A DNA stretch of 24,000 nt from Bacillota bacterium (GCA_023443225.1 JAEZVF010000057.1:1534-25533); one strand, 5' to 3'. Counted from the first letter of the stretch, positions 9,507 to 17,031 are shown. Numbers and translations: made by a program. The notes: generated from the sequence alone by a model not told the origin.

Positions 9507-9551
9507 AAAATGTAAGGGTATGTGATTTCAAATCACATACCCTTACATTTT
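9507..9551 (+). terminator. Rho-independent terminator of the phn-like operon
   Basis: A perfect 21-bp stem: aaaatgtaagggtatgtgatt (9507-9527) pairs with aatcacatacccttacatttt (9531-9551), with a T-run at the 3' end. Confidence 0.85.
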
Positions 9552-9680
9552 ATTATTAATACTATCATTACTCTTTTAATTATGTTGATATTGATTAGAA
9601 TGTCATATAAAATGGAATATAAGTAAATACTATTAAACTCACATTATGATGACCAAGCTCGGAGCAGCAAAACAGGAGAG

Positions 9681-9713
9681 TAATATCAATATATTTACAG
9701 ATTATTGATATTA
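9681..9713. promoter_or_regulatory. Perfect 11-bp inverted repeat just upstream of the HD-gene RBS (operator or 5'-UTR hairpin)
   Basis: taatatcaata (9681-9691), an 11-nt spacer, then tattgatatta (9703-9713). A third copy of the core TTGATATT lies at about 9584-9591. Confidence 0.3.
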
Positions 9714-9733
9714 AAGATGGAGGAATAGGGTAA

Positions 9734-10315
9734 ATGAACATAAAAAAACTTATAGAAATAATGTCAGTTGCAGAAAAATTAAAGAATAATACAAGACATT
9801 CATGGACTTCTTCTAATCGTCAGGAAAGTGTAGCCGAACATAGTTGGAGATTATCTTTTATGGCATATTTGGTGAAAGATGAATTTCCAGATGTTGATAT
9901 TAACAAAGTGATATTAATGTGTATCTGTCATGACTTAGGTGAAGCAATCACAGGTGATATACCTTCATTTAACAAAACTGAACATGATGAGATTATAGAA
10001 GATAAGGCAGTTGACCAGTTGATAAGCAATCTTCCAGAACCATATAAAAAAGAACTTACTATGCTATTTATAGAAATGCAGGAACAAAGAACTATGGAAT
10101 CTAAGATTTACAAAGCACTCGACAAGATGGAGGTACTAATTCAACACAATGAGGCTGATATTTCAACATGGATACCTCTTGAGTATGAATTAAATCTGAC
10201 ACATGGAGAAAAAGAAGTGGCATTTTCAAACTATATGAAAGAATTGAAACAAGCGATAAATGAGGATACTATAAATAAAATAAATTTAAAAACTACTGAA
10301 AAGCAAGAGAGTTAG
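9734..10315 (+). CDS. HD-domain phosphohydrolase (YfbR-like 5'-deoxynucleotidase family)
   Basis: RHSW...[14 protein letters not shown]...[13 protein letters not shown] provides the H...HD...D metal-binding pattern of YfbR-type HD nucleotidases. Confidence 0.8.
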   Translation: MNIKKLIEIMSVAEKLKNNTRHSWTSSNRQESVAEHSWRLSFMAYLVKDEFPDVDINKVILMCICHDLGEAITGDIPSFNKTEHDEIIEDKAVDQLISNLPEPYKKELTMLFIEMQEQRTMESKIYKALDKMEVLIQHNEADISTWIPLEYELNLTHGEKEVAFSNYMKELKQAINEDTINKINLKTTEKQES

Positions 10316-10337
10316 TGCAGCAAAGGAGCGTTTCGAA

Positions 10338-10688
10338 ATGGAGAAACCACGTATTTTTACAATGCCTTTTTCAAATATTTATCCGCTTTATATTCAAAAA
10401 GCAGAGAAAAAAGGGAGAACAAAAAAAGAAGTAGATGAAATCATTTTTTGGCTTACCGGTTATGATGAGCAATCATTACAACAACAAATAAATAAAGAAA
10501 CAGATTTGGAAACGTTCTTTCAAGAAGCACCTCACATGAATCCGAAAGCTATACTTATTAAAGGAGTTATCTGTGGATATCGGGTGGAAGAAATAGAAGA
10601 TGATTTAATGCGACAAATTCGATATTTAGATAAATTAATAGATGAGTTAGCAAAAGGTAAGGCAATGCAGAAAATATTAAGAGGATAA
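10338..10688 (+). CDS. DUF2200-like small conserved protein
   Basis: The N-terminus [42 protein letters not shown] matches my recollection of the DUF2200 family. RBS AAGGAG. Confidence 0.6.
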   Translation: MEKPRIFTMPFSNIYPLYIQKAEKKGRTKKEVDEIIFWLTGYDEQSLQQQINKETDLETFFQEAPHMNPKAILIKGVICGYRVEEIEDDLMRQIRYLDKLIDELAKGKAMQKILRG

Positions 10689-10738
10689 TTGACAAACCAT
10701 CCTCACGGGTATAACATAATAATGATTGATTACAAAGA

Positions 10739-10775
10739 CACACATAAAGCAGTCTGCTGCTCTATGTGTGTTTTA
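10739..10775 (+). terminator. Rho-independent terminator
   Basis: cacacata (10739-10746) pairs with tatgtgtg (10763-10770), followed by TTTTA. Confidence 0.6.
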
Positions 10776-10814
10776 TCAAGTAATCTAAAATAATACTAGA
10801 AAGGATGAAAAAAG

Positions 10815-11153
10815 ATGCAAGCATTGGTATTAATACTTAAACAAGTAGATTTAATTGACGAGATTCTACAACAACTTGCAGAAGAAGGAATTCAAGGAGG
10901 AACAATATTAGAAGGAACGGGAATGGCTAAGACTTTATGTGATTTGAATGATACCCCTATGTTTGGTATGCTCAGACATTTAGCTGAAGAAGATGGATTT
11001 GAAACAAGTAAAGTCTTGATATTTGTTTTAGATGATAAACGAGCAGTTCTGGCAAGAAATACGATTAAAAAAGCAGTGGATTTAAATGCGGCTAACACTG
11101 GAATAATGTTTGCTGTACCTATTACTTATGTAGAAGGGCTTGGTGAAAAATAA
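10815..11153 (+). CDS. PII-like (GlnB-fold) small signalling protein
   Basis: The 112-aa protein has a beta-alpha-beta pattern reminiscent of PII proteins (ALVLILKQVDLIDEILQQLAEEGIQGGTILEGTG...). Its stop overlaps the antiporter start (TAATG at 11151-11155). Confidence 0.55.
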   Translation: MQALVLILKQVDLIDEILQQLAEEGIQGGTILEGTGMAKTLCDLNDTPMFGMLRHLAEEDGFETSKVLIFVLDDKRAVLARNTIKKAVDLNAANTGIMFAVPITYVEGLGEK

Positions 11154-12325
11154 TGGAATTAGATATATTGTTTAATCTATCTATTTCGCTGATATTAGGT
11201 TTGTTATCAAGTAAAGTGATGAAAACGATAAAAATGCCTAATGTGACAGGCTATTTAATAATAGGATTACTGGCAGGCCCTTATTGTTTGAATATACTAT
11301 CTTTAGACGTAATAGAGACATTTTCTATAATACCAGAGGTTGCGTTAGGGTTTATTGCATTCTCTATTGGTTCAGAATTTAAATTATCATATTTAAAGAA
11401 AGTTGGAAAGGCACCTTTAATTATAGCTTTTACAGAAGCTTTAGGAGCTGTATTATTAGTGGATTTAGTACTTATTATTGCGGGATATGAGGTATCATTT
11501 GTCCTTGTGTTAGGTGCAATTGCAGCAGCAACAGCACCAGCAGCAACTTTGATGGTTGTTAGACAGTATAAGGCAAAAGGTCCAGTGACAAACACCTTAC
11601 TTCCTGTTGTTGCAATTGATGATGCAGCGGCATTAATATTATTTGGAATATCTGTAGCTATATCAAAGGCAATTACCTCTACAGGTACAGCTTCAATTGC
11701 TAGTACATTAATAGACCCATTAATTGAGATAGTAGGAGCTTTAGTATTTGGTGCAATTCTAGGTGTGATTTTAGCATTTGCTACAAAATGGTTTACAGGT
11801 AGGGGAAATCGTTTAACTGTATCCATAGCATTAATATTATTATGTATTAGTGTATGTAATATATTGGGATATTCTTCTTTATTAGCATGTATGGCAATGA
11901 GCGCGGTATTTGTTAATCTAACAAAGGTAAGTAATCAAGTATTTGAATTGATAGATAGATTTACACCACCTATATTTATGCTTTTCTTTTTCATATCAGG
12001 TGCAGAATTGAATCTTACCATATTACCATCAGTAGGTATCATTGGAATACTATATATTATCTTTCGTGTTATCGGAAAAGTCACTGGAGCGGCTATTGGT
12101 GCAAAGATTAGTAAATCAGAGCCTGTAGTTAGAAAGTACTTAGGCTATACATTAATTCCTCAAGCTGGTGTAGCAATAGGTCTCGCAAGTGTATCGATGT
12201 CAGTTGTACCAGAATATGGACAGCAGATAAGAACTATTGTTTTATGTGGAACAGTTATCTATGAATTAGTTGGACCATTAGTTACAAAATTAGCATTGAA
12301 AAAAGCAGGTGAAATTACTACATAG
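11153..12325 (+). CDS. Cation:proton antiporter (CPA2 / Na+/H+-exchanger family), membrane domain only
   Basis: About 12 hydrophobic helices are present. The pattern is typical of KefB/YbaL-like exchangers (PNVTGYLIIGLLAGP, IPQAGVAIGLA). No C-terminal RCK/TrkA-N domain is present. Confidence 0.8.
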   Translation: MELDILFNLSISLILGLLSSKVMKTIKMPNVTGYLIIGLLAGPYCLNILSLDVIETFSIIPEVALGFIAFSIGSEFKLSYLKKVGKAPLIIAFTEALGAVLLVDLVLIIAGYEVSFVLVLGAIAAATAPAATLMVVRQYKAKGPVTNTLLPVVAIDDAAALILFGISVAISKAITSTGTASIASTLIDPLIEIVGALVFGAILGVILAFATKWFTGRGNRLTVSIALILLCISVCNILGYSSLLACMAMSAVFVNLTKVSNQVFELIDRFTPPIFMLFFFISGAELNLTILPSVGIIGILYIIFRVIGKVTGAAIGAKISKSEPVVRKYLGYTLIPQAGVAIGLASVSMSVVPEYGQQIRTIVLCGTVIYELVGPLVTKLALKKAGEITT

Positions 12326-12396
12326 TCGTTATATACAAACAATCGAGACATAGCGATGTATTGCATCAGATTGTGGCAAAGGAGTATTTTGAAATG

Positions 12397-12430
12397 GAAA
12401 GAGCTGCCATATCATTGTGGCAGCTCTTTC
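12397..12430 (+). terminator. Terminator hairpin after the antiporter; copy A of a repeated hairpin element
   Basis: gaaagagctgcca (12397-12409) pairs perfectly with tggcagctctttc (12418-12430). A near-identical sequence recurs at 14787-14820. Confidence 0.7.
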
Positions 12431-12564
12431 ATTAGAAGTAACCGACTTAAAATTCTTCATTTTAGTTAATAGCGTTCTGAAATTCTTTTTATATTACTTA
12501 GATAATACAATAAGATCAAAAAAAAGTAAAAATTATGGTAGAAGATTTGAATGACCTTCTTTTT

Positions 12565-12593
12565 TTGACAATAAAGTAAAATCATACTATAAT
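12565..12593 (+). promoter_or_regulatory. Consensus sigma-A promoter for the MATE gene
   Basis: TTGACA (12565-12570), a 17-nt spacer, then TATAAT (12588-12593), ending 45 nt upstream of ATG 12638. Confidence 0.7.
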
Positions 12594-12637
12594 AGTCCGA
12601 CTGGAGCTAATACACAAAATGAATAATGGAGAACTAA

Positions 12638-13960
12638 ATGGAGAAAAAAGAATATCAAAAGGAATTTATAAGATATGCATTGATCAATGTAATTGCAATG
12701 TTGGGACTGTCATGTTACATATTAGCTGATACATTTTTTATTTCAATGGGATTAGGAGCAAAGGGTCTTACAGCACTGAACTTGGCAATTCCTGTATATA
12801 GTTTTATTAGTGGAACTGGTCTAATGCTTGGTATGGGTGGTGCTACAAAGTATACCATTTTTACTGCCCAAAAGGAAAAGAAACTAGCAAATAAAATTTT
12901 TACCAATACAATATATTTATCCATATTATTTGCAATCGTATATGTTTTCATTGGATTTTTCTTTTCAGAAACACTTGCTACTATATTAGGGGCGGATGCT
13001 GAAGTATTAGAAATGACGAATACTTATCTTAAGGTGTTATTGTTATTTTCTCCAGTATTTATTCTTAATAATGTGCTAATTTGTTTTATTAGGAATGATG
13101 GTAATCCAAAATTAGCAATGGTTGCTTCTTTATCAGGAAGTTTTTCAAATATTATTTTGGATTATATATTTATTTTCCCTTGTAATATGGGGATATTTGG
13201 TGCTGTTTTTGCAACAGGTTTGGCACCAGTTATCAGTATTCTTGTAATGTCACCTTATCTGTTTAGAGGAAAACAGGGATTCCGATTAACTGTTTCAAAG
13301 CCAGATAATTCAATGGTGGGAAATGTTTTTAAGTTGGGATTCCCATCGCTGATTGTAGAAATCTCATCTGGAATTGTTATAGTTATCTTTAATATAATTA
13401 TATTGAACATCGCGGGGAACGTTGGTGTGGCAGCATATGGTGTTGTTGCGAATCTATCTCTAGTAGTTGTTGCTGTATTTACGGGTATTGCCCAAGGAAT
13501 GCAGCCAATTACAAGTAAGGCATATGGAACTGCTAATATGCAAATGGCAAAGTATATTTTTAAAATAGCTTTCAGTGTAACCAGCATTTTAGCTATTGTG
13601 ATATATGGTATTGTATTCCTATTTGCAGATCCAATTGCAGCAATATTTAATAGTGAAGGAAATCTGCTCCTGCAGGAAATCGCAATAAAAGGACTAAGGC
13701 TATATTTTATTGGAATGTTATTTGCAGGTATCAATGTTGTAATATCTATGTTTTTTACATCAACAGAAAAAATTATACCTGCACACGCGATTACTCTATT
13801 AAGAGGAATCGTTGTAATTGTCCCTGTGGCTTTTATTCTTTCGAATATGATAGGATTGACTGGTACATGGCTCGCCTTTCCAGTAACAGAATCTATTGTA
13901 CTAATGATTGGAACTGTGTTTTTAATGAGAATTAGTAAAACGAAAGGGGAGAGAGTGTGA
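12638..13960 (+). CDS. MATE family multidrug/toxic-compound efflux transporter
   Basis: The 440-aa protein has about 12 TM helices and the MATE-typical N-terminal layout (FIRYALINVIAMLGLSCYILADTFFIS, ...GIAQGMQPI...). Confidence 0.85.
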   Translation: MEKKEYQKEFIRYALINVIAMLGLSCYILADTFFISMGLGAKGLTALNLAIPVYSFISGTGLMLGMGGATKYTIFTAQKEKKLANKIFTNTIYLSILFAIVYVFIGFFFSETLATILGADAEVLEMTNTYLKVLLLFSPVFILNNVLICFIRNDGNPKLAMVASLSGSFSNIILDYIFIFPCNMGIFGAVFATGLAPVISILVMSPYLFRGKQGFRLTVSKPDNSMVGNVFKLGFPSLIVEISSGIVIVIFNIIILNIAGNVGVAAYGVVANLSLVVVAVFTGIAQGMQPITSKAYGTANMQMAKYIFKIAFSVTSILAIVIYGIVFLFADPIAAIFNSEGNLLLQEIAIKGLRLYFIGMLFAGINVVISMFFTSTEKIIPAHAITLLRGIVVIVPVAFILSNMIGLTGTWLAFPVTESIVLMIGTVFLMRISKTKGERV

Positions 13961-14562
13961 TGAGCAGAATCGTTACAATAGGTAGAGAATTTGGAAGTGG
14001 TGGTCGTGAGATTGGTCGACGAATTGCAGAACAGTTGCAAATTGCTTATTATGACCAAGAAATTGTAAATGAACTATTAAAGCGAACTTCCTACACAGAA
14101 AGCTATATTCTACAACTGGATGAGAAATCGCCGTTGCCACTATTGCCTATTACAATAGGAAAGACATTACCTTTTTCAGCAAATGACAGCTTTCAGAAGC
14201 AACTCTCTATATATATGCAGGAAAGTGATATCATTAGAGAAATGGCAGAAAAATCAGATTGCGTTATTGTAGGTAGAAGCTCAGATTACATTCTTCGAGA
14301 AAGGAATCCATTCCGAATATTTGTTTATGCTGATATAAAAGCAAGAATGGAACGTTGTCGTAAAAAGGGACAAGAGGAGAGTAACGTAGGTGATAAAGCC
14401 TTGAAAAAGCAAATTGATGCGATTGATAAACGGAGAGCGGAATATTATGAATTCTATACAAATCAAGTTTGGGGGAAGAAAGAAAACTATGATTTGTGCA
14501 TCAATACAAGCGGTAAAGATATAAAGTCTATTTCCTTGTTATTGGCTGATTATATTAAGTAA
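13960..14562 (+). CDS. Cytidylate kinase-like family P-loop protein
   Basis: MSRIVTIGREFGSGGREIGRRIAEQLQIAYYDQEIV matches the 'cytidylate kinase-like family' pattern (GxxGSGG P-loop variant). ATG 13960 overlaps the MATE stop (TGATG). Confidence 0.75.
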   Translation: MSRIVTIGREFGSGGREIGRRIAEQLQIAYYDQEIVNELLKRTSYTESYILQLDEKSPLPLLPITIGKTLPFSANDSFQKQLSIYMQESDIIREMAEKSDCVIVGRSSDYILRERNPFRIFVYADIKARMERCRKKGQEESNVGDKALKKQIDAIDKRRAEYYEFYTNQVWGKKENYDLCINTSGKDIKSISLLLADYIK

Positions 14563-14786
14563 TCAAAGAATATTACACATAAAATATAAGACTTAAGAAA
14601 AAATGGTGACCTTAGTTAGAAATTATTGGTAAGTTTAGAACTATGGACTATTTAAATTTTGCATAGATAACAAAGGAATAGTATTGATAAAACGGAATTA
14701 GATGAAAAATGTGTGGGGGGAAAACATTAGTATTAAGTGGTGGTGGTAAATTAGTACCACGTACTTCACATAATTAGTAGTAAATG

Positions 14787-14820
14787 GAAAGGGCTGCCAC
14801 ATCAATGTGACAGCTCTTTT
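14787..14820 (+). repeat. Copy B of the repeated hairpin element
   Basis: aaatggaaagGgctgccaCatcaAtgtgAcagctcttt differs from copy A (12393-12429) at only about 4 positions. It folds as a hairpin with one mismatch. It lies about 225 nt downstream of the nearest stop codon. Confidence 0.6.
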
Positions 14821-14878
14821 TGTAGCCGGAACCGATATTGTTAAGTTAGGCAATCTTGTTTTATGAATGGAAACTGAT

Positions 14879-14903
14879 AGAAGGTCTGAATTACCTTCTT
14901 TTT
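14879..14903 (+). terminator. Hairpin plus T-run (second part of the repeated intergenic module)
   Basis: agaaggt (14879-14885), a 7-nt loop, accttct (14893-14899), then TTTT. A related sequence (tgaatgaccttcttttttt) lies at 12547-12566. Confidence 0.5.
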
Positions 14904-15054
14904 AGTACCATCTATTTTACATGAGGTTATATGAAAAATAATCGCCCAGACAATTAATGAGATGATTGTAATAAATGTAAATACATGGTATTATATGAAT
15001 AATACAGTGGTCATAATTTGAGAAAAGTGCTGCCATGCCTTTAAGGAGAATAGG

Positions 15055-15471
15055 ATGGGAAATAACAGATATTTAATAATAAAATCAAAGTCAAATAAAA
15101 AGTGGGCATCCAATTTGCTACTTAGAGTGAATAAAAAAATTATTGAATCAGAGATATTACTTAAGAAAAAGGAAAAAGAAGATAGACGTAAAATGGAAGA
15201 GAAAAAGAGGATAGTGCTTGAAGAAAAGATAAGAACTGATAAAGCCAATAAAATCAAGAAAAATGTGATATGCTTTATAAAAGGTACGATTGCTTTAGCG
15301 TTCTTCTGTTTAGCGACTTATATATTATTAAAAATCTATATTCTCGATCCTATAGCTAAGTTAGTTGATAATTCTAATATCAATAATATTGAAAGTGCTT
15401 TTAATTTTGGAAAAATTCCTGATGAGAATGATGAGGAAGGAAAAACATCACTATGGTGGGGCGGCAACTAA
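15055..15471 (+). CDS. Hypothetical lysine-rich single-pass membrane protein
   Basis: RBS AAGGAGA at 15044-15050. The N-terminal half is highly charged K/E-rich, with one hydrophobic helix (GTIALAFFCLATYILLKIYIL). I recognise no family. The region is very AT-rich (a 60-nt line at 15061 is about 23% GC). Confidence 0.5.
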   Translation: MGNNRYLIIKSKSNKKWASNLLLRVNKKIIESEILLKKKEKEDRRKMEEKKRIVLEEKIRTDKANKIKKNVICFIKGTIALAFFCLATYILLKIYILDPIAKLVDNSNINNIESAFNFGKIPDENDEEGKTSLWWGGN

Positions 15472-15495
15472 CATCTTGAAATAACACTATATCAA

Positions 15496-15527
15496 CGCAA
15501 CTCATTTGTTTGAGTTGCGGTTTTTTT
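15496..15527 (+). terminator. Rho-independent terminator
   Basis: cgcaactca (15496-15504) pairs with tgagttgcg (15511-15519), followed by a T7 run at 15521-15527. Confidence 0.85.
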
Positions 15528-15543
15528 AAGTTATTAAAACATA

Positions 15544-15572
15544 TTGACAATCTTCGATGTGATTGATATAAT
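15544..15572 (+). promoter_or_regulatory. Perfect-consensus sigma-A promoter of the arsR-hgcAB operon
   Basis: TTGACA (15544-15549), exactly 17 nt of spacer, then TATAAT (15567-15572). Confidence 0.8.
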
Positions 15573-15606
15573 TCGAACATATCGAGAATGTTCGATGACA
15601 TTGATA
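15553..15606. promoter_or_regulatory. Candidate ArsR/SmtB operator sites overlapping and following the promoter
   Basis: An inverted repeat TCGAACAT (15573-15580), 7-nt spacer, ATGTTCGA (15588-15595) starts right after the -10 box. There is also a 16-nt direct repeat, TTCGATGtgATTGATA (15553-15568, spanning the spacer and the -10 box) and TTCGATGacATTGATA (15591-15606). Confidence 0.55.
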
Positions 15607-15632
15607 CGTATAAATGTACAGGAGGTAATTTT

Positions 15633-15950
15633 ATGAAGCATTCATATGCAGAATATGTTCCCGTAATTAAGGCTGTGTCTGATGAAACACGGTTAAAGAT
15701 TATTGATATGCTATCTTGTGGAGAAATGTGCGCATGTGATATATTAGAAGAATTCAGCATTTCCCAATCCACTCTCAGCTATCATATGAAAATTTTAACT
15801 GAAAGCGGACTTGTAAATGCAGTACGTGATGGGGCATGGATGCGGTATACACTTAACAAAGAAAAAAAAGATGATTTAATAGCTTTCTTTACTGGAATAA
15901 CTTGTGAGAAAGACACAGACTGTTGTAAAGGATGTGATAAAAATGAGTAA
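15633..15950 (+). CDS. arsR: ArsR/SmtB family metalloregulatory repressor with a Cys-rich C-terminal tail
   Basis: The winged-HTH is present (DETRLKIIDMLSCGEMCACDILEEFSISQSTLSYHMKIL) and includes a CxC metal site of the ELCVCDL type. ATG 15633 is preceded by AGGAGG. The tail is CEKDTDCCKGCDKNE. Confidence 0.85.
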   Translation: MKHSYAEYVPVIKAVSDETRLKIIDMLSCGEMCACDILEEFSISQSTLSYHMKILTESGLVNAVRDGAWMRYTLNKEKKDDLIAFFTGITCEKDTDCCKGCDKNE

Positions 15951-17031
15951 CGAGAAGTCCTGTTGCTGCTCGGTCAGCAGTTGTTGCAGCACGGAATATA
16001 TCACACCGTATGATAAAAATGATAAATGGGTAACGGGTGAAATACATACTCCTAAAGGCAGTGTGCCTGTGGTTTCAACAAGTCTTCACTTCAAAGATAA
16101 GCTTGGAGCGTGGAAGGTGCGTTGGGGTATCAGCAGGATGAATTACAAGATCAATCCGGGACTCTATGCTATAGGTAAGCCTAATCATACATCCCCTGTG
16201 CTGGTAAGTGCGAACTACAAGCTGACTTTTGATGTCTTAAGGAAAGAGTTATCAGGTCTGGATTGTTGGATTTTGATACTTGATACAAAGGGCATCAATG
16301 TTTGGTGTGCTGCTGGTAAAGGTACATTCGGAACCGATGAAATAGTAAACCGTATATCGAAGACTGGGTTGTCTGAGATAGTATCTCACAGGAAATTGGT
16401 GTTGCCGCAGTTGGGTGCGCCCGGTGTGAGTGCCCATGAAGTGACAAAACAAACAGGATTTTCTGCGGTTTACGGACCTGTGAGAGCGAAGGATATAAAG
16501 ACATTTCTCGATTCAGGCTTCAAAGCCACAGATGAAATGCGTACCGTGAAATTTACGATATGGGACAGAATGGTTCTCACTCCGTTGGAATTAGTGGCTA
16601 GCGCAAAGTCTTCATTGATGGTTTTTGGTGTAATATTTCTCCTAAACCTGTTCGTTACAAGACCTTTCGGGCTTGAGGATTTCATTGCCTATACAGGTGC
16701 TGTGTTAACGGGAACTGTCATAACACCTTTACTTCTTCCCGTGATTCCCGGAAGGGCCTTCGCATGGAAGGGCTGGTTGCTTGGGCTGTTGTGGACGTTG
16801 GGTTTTAGCTGGTATAGCGGCTGGTTTATTTCAGGATTTTTGCTTCTTTCCATTGGGTATTTGCTTGTATTGCCGTCATTGTCGGCTTATTTGGCGATGA
16901 ATTTCACAGGATCGTCAACCTATACATCCTTTTCCGGTGTTATTAAAGAAATGAAAATAGCAGTGCCCCTTATTGTTATTTCATCCCTAGTAGGGATTGT
17001 ATTGTTACTGGTAAATAGTATATTTACATAA
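15943..17031 (+). CDS. hgcA: HgcA, the corrinoid protein of the mercury-methylation pair
   Basis: The diagnostic motif GINVWCAAGKGTFGT is present (NVWCAAGK at 16297-16320, Cys codon at 16306-16308). A soluble CFeSP-like N-domain is followed by about 5 predicted TM helices (from about 16600). ATG 15943 overlaps the arsR stop (ATGAGTAA). Confidence 0.85.
   Translation: MSNEKSCCCSVSSCCSTEYITPYDKNDKWVTGEIHTPKGSVPVVSTSLHFKDKLGAWKVRWGISRMNYKINPGLYAIGKPNHTSPVLVSANYKLTFDVLRKELSGLDCWILILDTKGINVWCAAGKGTFGTDEIVNRISKTGLSEIVSHRKLVLPQLGAPGVSAHEVTKQTGFSAVYGPVRAKDIKTFLDSGFKATDEMRTVKFTIWDRMVLTPLELVASAKSSLMVFGVIFLLNLFVTRPFGLEDFIAYTGAVLTGTVITPLLLPVIPGRAFAWKGWLLGLLWTLGFSWYSGWFISGFLLLSIGYLLVLPSLSAYLAMNFTGSSTYTSFSGVIKEMKIAVPLIVISSLVGIVLLLVNSIFT

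Noticed and set aside
10689-10814. TTGACA at 10689 plus the hairpin and T-run at 10739-10775, read as a promoter-leader-attenuator or riboswitch for the PII-like/antiporter operon.
   Set aside because: The putative -10 box (TAACAT) is weak. The leader would be too short for any riboswitch class I recognise. The hairpin is adequately explained as the terminator of the upstream DUF2200-like gene.
11281-11826. A 181-aa minus-strand ORF inside the antiporter gene.
   Set aside because: It is antisense to a clear 12-TM transporter. It has no RBS context and no recognisable family, so it is a typical shadow ORF.
12395-12436. Mini-ORFs inside the repeated hairpins: MERAAISLWQLFH* at 12395-12436 (preceded by AAGGAG) and MERAATSM* at 14785-14811.
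   Set aside because: The shared MERAA(I/T)S prefix is fully explained by conservation of the hairpin stem. Copy B has no RBS and stops early, so a structural terminator/repeat role is the simpler reading.
13255-14058. A 267-aa ORF on the minus strand.
   Set aside because: It lies entirely antisense to the well-supported MATE gene and the start of the kinase-like gene. Its translation is low-complexity (I/T/N/P-rich) with no recognisable motifs, so it is a shadow ORF of an AT-rich membrane-protein gene.
15904-15942. A GTG-initiated 13-codon N-terminal extension of hgcA in the ORF track (with similar long-start calls at 99, 967 and 15588).
   Set aside because: These upstream starts lack Shine-Dalgarno sequences. 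They either lie inside the preceding gene or add non-homologous leader residues. The internal ATGs (15943, 177, 1009, 15633) have proper RBS or coupling geometry.
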